Part shown: positions 36,906-46,076 of the stretch, piece by piece | Numbering within the stretch: the stretch's first letter is position 1 | Layout of the letters: the number at the start of each line of letters is the position of its first letter | Source: Acidobacteriota bacterium | Lineage (GTDB): Bacteria; Acidobacteriota; UBA6911; RPQK01; JADFOI01 | NCBI GenBank assembly: GCA_963663035.1 | Contig: OY760074.1 | Span: 1,280,001 to 1,344,000 of the forward strand | DNA length: 64,000 nt | Reading direction: 5' to 3' | The notes under the pieces: generated by a model | The model's database searches: none | The model's input: the letters and a program-made list of their open reading frames with translations, nothing else | Told to the model about the DNA's origin: nothing | Translations under genes and position numbers: made by a program

Positions 36906-38687
36906 TCAGCGCCCTCCTCCCAAGTAAGGGGTCCTTGCCGGGTAGCGCAGGTAGTTCATCTCCTGCTCGGGGTCCTGGTTGGGATTGACGTAGACAAACT
37001 TTCCATTGGTCATGGTCATCAGAATCGGGATGTCCTTGATCTCTTCGGGAGGGATGGTGAGAATATCTTTCCCAAGCACTACCATGTCCGCATACTTTCC
37101 CGCTTCGATGGACCCCTTCAGGTCCTCTTCAAAGAAGGCCCAAGCTGAGGTGGAAGTGACAGCCCGAATTCCCTCCTCAAGGGTTATCCTCTCTTCTGGT
37201 CGATACACCTTTCCAGACCTGAGCACCCGGGTGACCGCTTCCTGAACGCTGAATAACGGACCGAGCGGCGCCTGATCACTACTGAGGATCACGGGGATGC
37301 CCGCATCCCGATAGGTGGCCACCGGATTGGGGCCGAAATCGGGTCTCTCCGGATTGACCTGGTACCGCTCCAAAGAATCATCGGACCTCAGAAAGTAGCC
37401 GCTGGTCTGTAGGTCAGCAGTAACTCCAAGACGTGCCATGGTATCCAGGTTGGCCTGGGTGGGCTGGCCGATATGGGTGAAGATGTGGCGAGCATCTTCT
37501 CGCGGATACAGTCGATAAGCCTCCTCCAGCGCCTCGGTGGCATTATCGAAACTCTCTGGAGTGGTGATGTGCAGATACAGCTGCCATCCTCTTCTGTGGG
37601 TTTCAATCACCACCGCTTTCACGGTTTCCTTTGCCACCACAAAAGGTTCTCCTCCGGGTACGCCCTTATCCAGGCTCATTTTGAAAGTCCCCAGTCGGAG
37701 AAAATCGTTCCTGAAGGAAGCGTCGAAGAGGAGTGTGTCCATAAGGGCAATGCAGTCCTCGGCGGAGAGGCCCCGTACGGGAATCCGTATCATCGCGTTA
37801 ATGCGGGCAGGCAGTCCTTCTTTCCGCATGGACAACCTTCGATAGGCGCGGTGAGTGGGCACATTGTTGGTGGCTGTCAAGGGGTCCGCCAGAGTAGTTA
37901 TGCCGGCGGGAGCGATGTCCATCTTGAGTGCCCGCGCAATGTTCTCCTCCACTTTGTCCACAGGCCACACGTTCAAATATTGGCCTTCCCGCAGAATGCG
38001 GTGGGCACCCTTTCCAACCACCAGCCCGCTCGGCTGCCCGTTGGGATCCAATTTGAATTCGCCGAAAAGCCCGTCCTTGTAGGGTTGGTAGACATTGCGA
38101 TCGATTCGGGCAGCCCTCAAAAACGCACTGTTGGCGACATTTGCGTAGTCGCCGGAAAAGGTGAGAATGACGGGGTTGTCAGGTGATACCGGGTCTATAT
38201 CGTGCCGGTTGGGCCAGCGCTTCTCTTCAAGCTGGTTCTCGCCAGGTCCTCGCGGAAGCCAAACCAGGTCCCCGGGAGGCGTCTTCTCCACCTTCTGACG
38301 GACAATCTCCACAATGTCCTTGATGGATCTTGCCTGGCTCATTTTTTCGATTAAAGGCTCGGGAGGATCAGCCACTCGCTGGGCCAAATGGACATGAGAA
38401 TCGTGCAGCCCCGGCAAAACCGCTTTTCCTCCCAGGTCAACCATTTCCGTTCCGGCTCCCGCTAAAGGGAGAATCTCACTGTCGGATCCCACCGCTAGAA
38501 TGCGGCCGTCTTTGATGGCAACTGCCTGTGCAATGGAAAAGTCCTCGTCCACGGTCACAATTTTCCCGTTGTGCAAGACCATGTCAGGCGCAAGAACGTC
38601 GGGGGGAGCCGAGGCACACCGGCTCAAAACAAAGGAAAAAAATAGCACAAACAGCGCACTCATCCGTCTCATTTTTCTTGACTGCAT
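36906..38687 (-). CDS. Amidohydrolase-3 (YtcJ-like) lipoprotein
   Basis: LSRC lipobox; PGLHDSHVH, SSDQAP, KGSIEAGKYADMVVL. Confidence 0.85.
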   Translation of the reverse strand: MQSRKMRRMSALFVLFFSFVLSRCASAPPDVLAPDMVLHNGKIVTVDEDFSIAQAVAIKDGRILAVGSDSEILPLAGAGTEMVDLGGKAVLPGLHDSHVHLAQRVADPPEPLIEKMSQARSIKDIVEIVRQKVEKTPPGDLVWLPRGPGENQLEEKRWPNRHDIDPVSPDNPVILTFSGDYANVANSAFLRAARIDRNVYQPYKDGLFGEFKLDPNGQPSGLVVGKGAHRILREGQYLNVWPVDKVEENIARALKMDIAPAGITTLADPLTATNNVPTHRAYRRLSMRKEGLPARINAMIRIPVRGLSAEDCIALMDTLLFDASFRNDFLRLGTFKMSLDKGVPGGEPFVVAKETVKAVVIETHRRGWQLYLHITTPESFDNATEALEEAYRLYPREDARHIFTHIGQPTQANLDTMARLGVTADLQTSGYFLRSDDSLERYQVNPERPDFGPNPVATYRDAGIPVILSSDQAPLGPLFSVQEAVTRVLRSGKVYRPEERITLEEGIRAVTSTSAWAFFEEDLKGSIEAGKYADMVVLGKDILTIPPEEIKDIPILMTMTNGKFVYVNPNQDPEQEMNYLRYPARTPYLGGGR

Positions 38688-38744
38688 GGTTCCCCTCCTT
38701 CTGAGAGATTCAGTGATGAAATGTTTCCAGCCCTCTTTGCCTGA

Positions 38745-39329
38745 TCAGCGCCGGCGTCTGTACATCCCCTTAGCCAGCTTTTCCACAGGGAAGGCGACAG
38801 ATTTTTTCTCCACAATCTCGCGGGAGTCGATTTCCCCGAAAACAGTCATTCCCTGCCGGTAAATCGGGGACCTTCCCTCGGACCCTCCGTATCGTGGATC
38901 TCGTTCACCTGGTCCTCCCGGGGACCCCACTACTATCCGGCCAATCAGGCCCGCTCCTTCGTGATGCTTGCTGTAATAATCGTAGGTCCCCTCCACATCG
39001 AAGGTCCATTGAAAGGACTCCATGGCGGCCAGCATCCCGGAATCAAAGGGTTGGGCTCCCTCAGGGATTCGCAGTTCATGGTTGTCATGGTCGGGATGAA
39101 AAGCCGTCACACTGGGGGTCCAGCGCAGCGCCGTCCATTTCACCGTCTGTCCGGGCTGGATGAACACTCCCACCGGATCGTAATACCAGAGTCCTCTCCC
39201 GTAATCGAGAACAATGTTGACCTGGACATCCGCTTCTTGAGCCCGGGCTTGATTGATCCTGCCCAGACAAAGAGCGGCTGAGGTCAGCAGGAAATTTCGT
39301 CGACTGAAGCTCTTTTGTAGTTGTTTCAT
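38745..39329 (-). CDS. Tat-exported cupredoxin-fold protein with altered Cu ligands
   Basis: SRRNFL; YDPVGVFIQPGQTVKW, FDSG, GTYDYYSKHHEGAGLIGRIVVG. Confidence 0.78.
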   Translation of the reverse strand: MKQLQKSFSRRNFLLTSAALCLGRINQARAQEADVQVNIVLDYGRGLWYYDPVGVFIQPGQTVKWTALRWTPSVTAFHPDHDNHELRIPEGAQPFDSGMLAAMESFQWTFDVEGTYDYYSKHHEGAGLIGRIVVGSPGGPGERDPRYGGSEGRSPIYRQGMTVFGEIDSREIVEKKSVAFPVEKLAKGMYRRRR

Positions 39330-39332
39330 AAC

Positions 39333-40793
39333 TTAGCGACCATCAATACTGAATGCATAAAGGTTATAGGGTGGCGAACGGGTGACGCCGCAGCTGGTGT
39401 AAAGGGTCCCATCGGAAATGGCGATTCCCCCCCGCCGCGCGGCAGGCAGTTGATAGCTCCAGCGGGGTTCTCCTGTCTCTCCATCCAAGGCTTGTACGGT
39501 ACCATCTCTGAAGCCCTGGTAAAAAAGGCCATTGGCGAAAGCAGCTGCTCCCTGACTGCTGGACGCATTGGGTGTCCACCACAGCACCTCCCCTGTGTAG
39601 GAATGCAGCGCCACGGTGGCGGATTGGGCAATTTGACGGGCCTGGGAGCTGGACCCGGAAACCATGTAGATCTTGTCGTTGCCATAGGCGGCACTATTGA
39701 GGGTGGGACCGCCGTTGGTCACGGCAGCCGTCCATAGGTGCTCTCCCGTATAGCGATCGAAGGTGTGAAATCCGGTCTTGCTGCCTGCTCCCACGCACTG
39801 GCGCACTGCTCCCGGGCGGGTTGGATGGGTGCACTCAAAGAGCATGGGGTTGCAGCTGTAATCCATATCAAAGGGATCGGCGGAGCGCAGCTGGTCAAAC
39901 CACAACAGCTCGCCAGACTCCATGTCGTTGGCGATCATGCTTTCACTAAACAGGATGGGTCCCGGCACCTGTCCATGCAAGCTGCCCGTGACGTTGTAGA
40001 CAACTCCGTATTCAGGATCGATGGCGGCGGTTGACCAGATGGAACCTCCACCTTTGGACTCGGGATCGGGGACAGTATTGAAGCGCCATCTGATGGCGCC
40101 TGTTCCTGCATCCAGACAGATGGCTTGGGCGTGACCCGCTGACGTGGAAATTCCAATAAAAACTTTCCCTCCATACACGATAGGAGCTGAATTCGCTCTT
40201 GTCCGATCCACTCCAGCCCGAGGATCTAGAGCAGTCATCCACAGCTCCTTTCCGGAAGACGCATCCAGGCAGTGAACTCTGGCCGTGCCGTCGCCAATAA
40301 AAATTCGACCGTCCCCGTAGGCGGCGCCACCACGCATCTGCCCGTGTGGGTCTACGTTAATATCCACCAGCCGTATACCAGGAGTGGCGGGCTGGATGCC
40401 CTCCCAGGCGTTGAATTTCCACTTCAGAGCGCCGGTTGCGGTATCGACAGCGTAGACATATCCATCATGAGCCCCAAAGTAGAGGCTGTCGCCGATGACA
40501 ATTGGGGTGGCCTGGTTAAAATCCTGGGCTTCCTCAAACATCCACTTCACCTTCAGACGCTCCACATTGCCAGGGCCAATGATCGTCTCGTGGATATTGG
40601 AGCGGGTGCTGCGGATATTGCAGCCCGTTAAAGGCCAGTCGCCCGGCCGGGCACCAGGGGGAAGCTCGCCACCTTGGAGCAGTGCTGAGCCGTAGGCTGT
40701 TCTTCTGTTAGCAAGAAGTCCACCTGCTGCGCCTAGAGCCAGGAGGAATTTCCGGCGGTCCAGAGCCAGCCAATCCCTTTTTCGATGCGACAT
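39333..40793 (-). CDS. Tat-exported PQQ-binding-like beta-propeller protein
   Basis: DRRKFL; repeated A.D..TG...W docking motifs; GGSIWS.AAID. Confidence 0.8.
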   Translation of the reverse strand: MSHRKRDWLALDRRKFLLALGAAGGLLANRRTAYGSALLQGGELPPGARPGDWPLTGCNIRSTRSNIHETIIGPGNVERLKVKWMFEEAQDFNQATPIVIGDSLYFGAHDGYVYAVDTATGALKWKFNAWEGIQPATPGIRLVDINVDPHGQMRGGAAYGDGRIFIGDGTARVHCLDASSGKELWMTALDPRAGVDRTRANSAPIVYGGKVFIGISTSAGHAQAICLDAGTGAIRWRFNTVPDPESKGGGSIWSTAAIDPEYGVVYNVTGSLHGQVPGPILFSESMIANDMESGELLWFDQLRSADPFDMDYSCNPMLFECTHPTRPGAVRQCVGAGSKTGFHTFDRYTGEHLWTAAVTNGGPTLNSAAYGNDKIYMVSGSSSQARQIAQSATVALHSYTGEVLWWTPNASSSQGAAAFANGLFYQGFRDGTVQALDGETGEPRWSYQLPAARRGGIAISDGTLYTSCGVTRSPPYNLYAFSIDGR

Positions 40794-40868
40794 ACTTCAG
40801 CCAAATAGAAAAAACTCTTGCAAGTTCAATACACCTGTTCCTATTTCTTGTCAAGAGAAGTGCCTCCC

Positions 40869-41786
40869 TCAGGAGAACCGGCGTACCGCTTCGCGGGCCA
40901 GAGCAGAGAGCAGATCTCCCATCAGCACCAGAGCAGCGCCCAGAAGTACCAGGAAAAACATTTCATCGTAGTGAGTGCGTGCCCGCGCATCCTGAATCCA
41001 GTAGCCCAGGGAAACAATCCCCAGCATTCCCAGCACCGTGGCCTCCCTCACACATGTCTCCCATCGGTAAAAGAAAAAGAGAAGAAAGCGAGAGAAAGTG
41101 AGAGGGAAAAGGCCCGTGACAGCGATCTGAAGGTGGGAGGCGCCCAGGCCTCTGAGAGCGGAAAGGGGGCTGGACTCGGTGTTCTCCACCACCTCGGCTC
41201 CCAATTTTCCCAGTATGCCCACGTTGTGCAGTGCCAGAGCCAGCACTGCAGGCCATGCCGTCGGTCCCAGAACAGCCAGCAGGAGAAAGACCCAAAGATA
41301 TTCCGGTATGGCTCGCGCAAAGATGAGGAATGCACGGCTGATCCACACCAACGAGGGCCACAGAAAATCCCGGACCCGGTGGGGACTCCGCAGCGAGGAG
41401 AGAAAAGGTTCCGGCGAAGTGAAGTTCCGAGCAGCAGGAAGGGAGAAGAGGGCCCCTCCAAAGCCCGCCAGCACAATGGCGGCCACAGAGATGGCCAGGG
41501 TCATGACGGTGGCTGACCAGCCCCTCTCGGCCAAAATCTCTCCAGCCCACTGAATGGCAATTCCCACATCAAAATCTCTCCCTTGAAGCGGATAGGGGAC
41601 CAGTTCGTTCAGGAACCTGCCAAGGTTTTGCAGCCGCCGCTGGGAGAGAAAATCGTCCAAATGAAAGTCTCCCACAAACCAGGAGCCGATCATCACTGCC
41701 AGGAGTAAAAGGCCGCTCCAGTGGGCAAACCTGCTGCGGGGACGCCGGCTGCGCAGGTGCCGAAGCTTCAGCTCTCGATCCGTCAT
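40869..41786 (-). CDS. PhnE/PtxC-like ABC permease
   Basis: RAIPE, GKLGAEVVEN, YRWETCVREATVLG; ATGA overlap with the upstream permease. Confidence 0.85.
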   Translation of the reverse strand: MTDRELKLRHLRSRRPRSRFAHWSGLLLLAVMIGSWFVGDFHLDDFLSQRRLQNLGRFLNELVPYPLQGRDFDVGIAIQWAGEILAERGWSATVMTLAISVAAIVLAGFGGALFSLPAARNFTSPEPFLSSLRSPHRVRDFLWPSLVWISRAFLIFARAIPEYLWVFLLLAVLGPTAWPAVLALALHNVGILGKLGAEVVENTESSPLSALRGLGASHLQIAVTGLFPLTFSRFLLFFFYRWETCVREATVLGMLGIVSLGYWIQDARARTHYDEMFFLVLLGAALVLMGDLLSALAREAVRRFS

Positions 41787-42679
41787 GCCACGAACCTCCT
41801 TCTCAGAGCGCCACTCCACCAGTCCACCAACGTCACCAGAAGAAAAAGTGTGTACAGGTAGGTCCAGACTTCACCGTAGTGGAGATTCTCAAAAGAGGCT
41901 GAAATGTAGAAGCCCAGCGTCGGGTAACCAAAAAAGCCCAGGATTGCCGAGGAGCGAAGAGCGCACTCGAAACGGTAGAAAGCATAGGCCGTCATGTCGG
42001 GCAGGGCTCGCGGGAGGAGACCAAAAAGGTAGACCTGGGCTGCGGAAGCTCCACTTCCACGCAGGGCGTGGGCAACATCCCGTGGGGCCTCATCGATCAT
42101 TTCCGAGAAAATCTTGGCCAGTGTCCCCCCAAAAGGGATGGCGATGGCAATGGCGGCGCTCAGGTGGCTGAGTCCGAAGGCGGCCAGAAAGAGAACCGCC
42201 CAAATGAGCTCATGAATGGAACGCATAAAGGCAATCAAAACCCGCGTTCCTCCATAGACAATGGGGGCTACGCTGCGGCGCAGGAAAAGCACAGCAGGAC
42301 CCTGGCCACCCGCCGGATCACCGATCCACCAGGCAGTGGAGGCCAGAAATCCCAAAATAAGTCCCCAGACCAGGGCCAGGCTCATGGCAGCTGAAGCGAA
42401 GACAACCGTGGTAGCGGCTGCTTGAAGTGCCTTCCAGAGCAGAGGCGGGGTATCCCTGGGAACAAACTCGGCCTCATAGATGATGGCCGGGCTGAGGGCC
42501 CGACCGAAGAACTGCCAGGCTATCCGCAGTCCCCCCGGAGTGGGCACCATATCGGCCGGCTTCAGCTGCAGTTCTCTGAAAGCCCAGATTCCCGCCACCA
42601 GGATTCCCAGGATAAGAATCCTGCGCATTCCCAGGCCGTTGCGTAAAAAAGCCAGACCCACGGCTTGCCTTCTCTTCAT
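41783..42679 (-). CDS. PhnE/PtxC-like ABC permease
   Basis: RSIHEL, AKIFSEMID, YRFECALRSSAILG. Confidence 0.85.
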   Translation of the reverse strand: MKRRQAVGLAFLRNGLGMRRILILGILVAGIWAFRELQLKPADMVPTPGGLRIAWQFFGRALSPAIIYEAEFVPRDTPPLLWKALQAAATTVVFASAAMSLALVWGLILGFLASTAWWIGDPAGGQGPAVLFLRRSVAPIVYGGTRVLIAFMRSIHELIWAVLFLAAFGLSHLSAAIAIAIPFGGTLAKIFSEMIDEAPRDVAHALRGSGASAAQVYLFGLLPRALPDMTAYAFYRFECALRSSAILGFFGYPTLGFYISASFENLHYGEVWTYLYTLFLLVTLVDWWSGALRRRFVA

Positions 42680-42734
42680 TTCTCTTCTCTAGAATCTGCT
42701 CCTGTATCGCAAGAAATATCTTATTTAATAGGTA

Positions 42735-43502
42735 TTAATAGCCATTTAGCTCATAAAGATCCTTAAATTCTTTTTCCTCCACCAGATGGGTGGCGCGATC
42801 GAAAACCACCCGTCCTCCTCTCAAGCCGACCAGCCGCGGAAAGAACTCCCGAGCCAGGTGCAGATTGTGCAGGCTGACGCAGAGCGTGAGTCCCTGCTCC
42901 CGTGAGATATCGGTCAAAAGCGCCACGGCGGAGCGGGCATGAGCCGGGTCCACACTGGAAACAGGCTCGTCGGCTAAAAGCCCCTCAGGCTGCTGAAACA
43001 GGGCGCGAGCGATGGCCACCCGCTGGCGCTGACCTCCTGACAGTCTATCGGTGCGCTCGTAGAGCTTCTCCGGTATCCCAACCCGTTCCAGAATCTCATG
43101 GATCTGATGAACGTAACTTCGTGGGGGTAACAAAAAGGCCCGCAAACCTCTCAGAAAGGAAAGCCTGCCCAGGCGACCCGCCAGTACGTTATGGAGAACA
43201 CGCAGGTTGGGAATGAGACTCAGATCCTGGTGGACAAAGCCAATACCCGCACGGACTTGCCTGAGTTCCTCAAAGGACAGCTGGGCCAGGTTCCGACCAT
43301 CCACCTGGACACGTCCTTCGGTGGGCCTCACCGTCCCATTGAGTAGGCTGAGCAAGGTGGTCTTCCCGGCTCCGCTCAGCCCGACAAAGCCAACCGCTTC
43401 ACCGGAGGCGATTTCCAGGTCGACCGAGTCCAAAGCCACGGTTGTTCCAAAAACCACGGAGGTCTTCTGAAGAGAAAAGCTGGCTCCCCGCTCAGAAGCC
43501 AT
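42735..43502 (-). CDS. PhnC-like ABC ATPase
   Basis: GLSGAGKTT, LSGGQRQRVAIARA, LADEPVSSVDP, NVLAGRLG. Confidence 0.9.
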   Translation of the reverse strand: MASERGASFSLQKTSVVFGTTVALDSVDLEIASGEAVGFVGLSGAGKTTLLSLLNGTVRPTEGRVQVDGRNLAQLSFEELRQVRAGIGFVHQDLSLIPNLRVLHNVLAGRLGRLSFLRGLRAFLLPPRSYVHQIHEILERVGIPEKLYERTDRLSGGQRQRVAIARALFQQPEGLLADEPVSSVDPAHARSAVALLTDISREQGLTLCVSLHNLHLAREFFPRLVGLRGGRVVFDRATHLVEEKEFKDLYELNGY

Positions 43503-43503
43503 T

Positions 43504-43541
43504 TAGCCCTGCAGTAGAGAATCTATGCATAATTAGGGCTA
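43504..43541. repeat. Collapsed MITE remnant
   Basis: TAGCCC ... GGGCTA ends around CTGCAGTAGAGAATCTATGCAT, which matches MITE subterminal sequence. Confidence 0.55.
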
Positions 43542-43573
43542 ACAGCCTAACGGATAGCCGCTTCATTTTTCCA

Positions 43574-43588
43574 ATAGGTAATACCGAT
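43574..43588. promoter_or_regulatory. LysR-type T-N11-A operator
   Basis: Near-palindrome ATAGGTAATACCGAT upstream of the ABC operon, next to a LysR gene. Confidence 0.55.
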
Positions 43589-43626
43589 GGTGAAAGGCCG
43601 AAGGTATCAGAAAAAAGGGGGCTGCT

Positions 43627-44538
43627 TCAGGCGCTGAGGTCTACTTCTTCCGGTTGGTTCTGCAAAAAGTCCAGAAAACTTTGCGCAATCGGTGAGAGAG
43701 TGAATCTCTTGTTCACCACCGCGAAAAAGTCGCGACGAAGCGGTTGGCAATTTTCGAGTTTCACTGTTTTCAGCACGCCATTGGCGAGCTCTGTCTGAAC
43801 GGCCAGAAGCGAGAGCACGGAGATCCCAAGCCCAGCCTTCACTCCCTCTTTTACCGCATTCGTGGAACTGAGGACGGCCTGAACATTAAACCGGTCCAGG
43901 CTGTGGCCAAGCTGCTCTTCGAAACTGAGACGGGTTCCAGAGCCGGCTTCTCTGGCCAAAAATGGCTCATGACGTAGATCTTCCATGGAAATCCGTTCCA
44001 CCTTCCGCCACCTGGAGCTATTGGGAACGACAAGGGCCAGCTTGTCGGAGGCAAAGTGGTGATACTCCAGTCCCAATCGCTCCAACTGAGCTCCGGAAAA
44101 GCCTAATTCAGCCCTTCCCTTAGCAACCTGATCACACACCTCTTGCGAGTCGGAGATGGTGAGCTTCACCTCCACTCTGGGGAACTGAGCGTTAAAGGCC
44201 ACCAGCACCTGTGGAAGGAGATATTCTCCCGGAATGGTACTGGCCGCCACCGTGAGTGATCCTTCCAGCCGGTTGAGGTATGCCATCAATTCCTGCAAGG
44301 CCACTTCCCGCTGTTTCAGGATCGCCTCTCCATGTCGGTAAATAATCCTGGCCGCCTGGGTGGGAACCACTTCACGAGGAAGCCGCTCGAAAAGTTTGAC
44401 TTCCAGAGCCTCTTCAAGATTCTTGATATGGCCGCTGACGGTGGGTTGCGAGATCCATAGTTTCTCACCTGCTCGTGAAAAACTTCCCTCCTCATAGACC
44501 CTACAAAAAACCTCCAGGAGTCTCAGATCCAGTCGCAT
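43627..44538 (-). CDS. LysR-family regulator (CysL/selenium-metabolism-associated-like)
   Basis: SFSRAG..L..SQPTVS HTH; ASTIPGEYLLP; REAGSGTR. Confidence 0.9.
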   Translation of the reverse strand: MRLDLRLLEVFCRVYEEGSFSRAGEKLWISQPTVSGHIKNLEEALEVKLFERLPREVVPTQAARIIYRHGEAILKQREVALQELMAYLNRLEGSLTVAASTIPGEYLLPQVLVAFNAQFPRVEVKLTISDSQEVCDQVAKGRAELGFSGAQLERLGLEYHHFASDKLALVVPNSSRWRKVERISMEDLRHEPFLAREAGSGTRLSFEEQLGHSLDRFNVQAVLSSTNAVKEGVKAGLGISVLSLLAVQTELANGVLKTVKLENCQPLRRDFFAVVNKRFTLSPIAQSFLDFLQNQPEEVDLSA

Positions 44539-44559
44539 TTCCGTTTGATTGTACGATAT

Positions 44560-44826
44560 GTGCTCACTTCAATAAATACGGCGATGTTTGTTGCAGGCGA
44601 TGCGCCTCCGAATTCAAGGCGCTCCGACGAGTCGATACGGGAGATCGGCGAGGAGGAGCAACAAAGAAGACGGGGGTGCAGCGCCGCAACCCTTTGGGCG
44701 GGGGGGTTGTGGTCGATCTCTTCGTCGCTCGTCGTCGACGATGTCCTACATCTCCTCCTTATCGCTCCTCGACTTCGCCTCACAAGCCCCCTCCGCAAAT
44801 ATCACCGTATTTATTGAAGTGAGCAC
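44560..44826. mobile_element. 267-bp non-coding element with 31-bp TIRs (second MITE family)
   Basis: GTGCTCACTTCAATAAATACGGCGATGTTTG (44560-44590) matches the reverse complement of 44796-44826 with 2 mismatches. Confidence 0.8.
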
Positions 44827-44869
44827 TAAACAGGAGGGTTATCTCGAAGACTTTATTCTTTCGCGGCCA

Positions 44870-45355
44870 TCACCACTGAGATTTTTCGAGTTCGACGCCA
44901 TCTTCAATGTACCACCGATCCAGACCGTATCGTCTGGCGATGATGATGAACAGTCTCTCGTGTCTCTCCCCTTCGGCTCGTGGGAGGGAGACCTTCAAAG
45001 TCAGCTCTTCACCTGCCTCGGGGACTTCAGCCCGTAAGAAATGAAAGCCTTGAACAGAAATCTGATCCACCTCAAACCAGGACTGGGCAAAACCCTGCTC
45101 AAAGCTGATCAGCTCCTTGGCGAGGACCGTATTGCCTTTGAGAATCTCCATCTCCAGGTTGTTGATCTGCTCAGCGGTAGTGCCGATCCCCAGGCGATAA
45201 TAGCTTCCCCGAACAAAGTCTGAAAAGCGGGCTGTCAGGCTGATCTGCTGGGGAGTGGTTCGGAGCAGAGGAGCTGACATGGAGGCCCTTTCCTGCGCCA
45301 GGAGAAAGAGGTCCAGGGTGAGGATTAAAAAGGTGGCAATGAGAGCTCGGCTCAT
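44870..45355 (-). CDS. Secreted hypothetical protein
   Basis: Signal-like N-terminus; co-oriented with the upstream gene. Confidence 0.6.
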   Translation of the reverse strand: MSRALIATFLILTLDLFLLAQERASMSAPLLRTTPQQISLTARFSDFVRGSYYRLGIGTTAEQINNLEMEILKGNTVLAKELISFEQGFAQSWFEVDQISVQGFHFLRAEVPEAGEELTLKVSLPRAEGERHERLFIIIARRYGLDRWYIEDGVELEKSQW

Positions 45356-45389
45356 TTTGAACTTCGTGACTGAAGTCTAGGCCTTGAGT

Positions 45390-45953
45390 TTACTGACTCA
45401 GAGTGGCCTGTGCAGCTCTCTCTAGGATGACCATATGTTCGCCACGGCTGACCATTCCCACGACTTCATACCCTTCTTCCATGGCCTGAGACATTTCTTT
45501 TTGCATCGTTGAAGTCTTGTTGGGAGCAAGAAGCAGGTAGTCGTAGTTTTGAGAGGCAGCGGGCACTTTCTCCAGCACTACTATGATTTCGACTCCTCCA
45601 AACATCTGATTCTTAGCGATCATGGTGCTGGGAAGTAGTCGAAAGCCTTCAGCGGCAGCTTCCTGCAGTTCTTTTTGCATCGTTGAAGTTTTGCTGGTAG
45701 CAAGAAGCATGTATTGGTAGTTATCGGGAGGGGTGGCGACCTTCTCCAAGATGACGGCCATTTCCGAACCGCTGGTAGGTGAACCAGAGACGATGCGGTA
45801 GCCAGCGGCAGATGCTTCGTCAAGTTCCTTTTGCATCGTTGAAGTCTTCTTGGTGGCGAGTAAACGATAGCGCTCTTCGAGGTCCAGCTCGGCCCCAAAG
45901 GCAAGCAAAATGAAACCTATTCCAAAGGTAAGGAAAACGACCAGTTTTTTCAT
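45390..45953 (-). CDS. Secreted protein with three internal repeats
   Basis: Three Y.LLA..KTSTMQKE(L/M)..A...G(Y/F) repeats; GGAGG RBS. Confidence 0.75.
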   Translation of the reverse strand: MKKLVVFLTFGIGFILLAFGAELDLEERYRLLATKKTSTMQKELDEASAAGYRIVSGSPTSGSEMAVILEKVATPPDNYQYMLLATSKTSTMQKELQEAAAEGFRLLPSTMIAKNQMFGGVEIIVVLEKVPAASQNYDYLLLAPNKTSTMQKEMSQAMEEGYEVVGMVSRGEHMVILERAAQATLSQ

Positions 45954-46076
45954 CTTCTACCTCCTCTGTATGGGTACTCTTCCCGACATAATACGTTTTT
46001 TGATCTGCATTGTAAACCTATTGGTTGACACGATTTTCCGCCGCCAATGTTACCGTATCGATGAAGCGAGGCTTAA

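Noticed and set aside
44475-45037. Short ORFs across the TIR element
   Set aside because: No transposase or other motifs; the translations are low-complexity.
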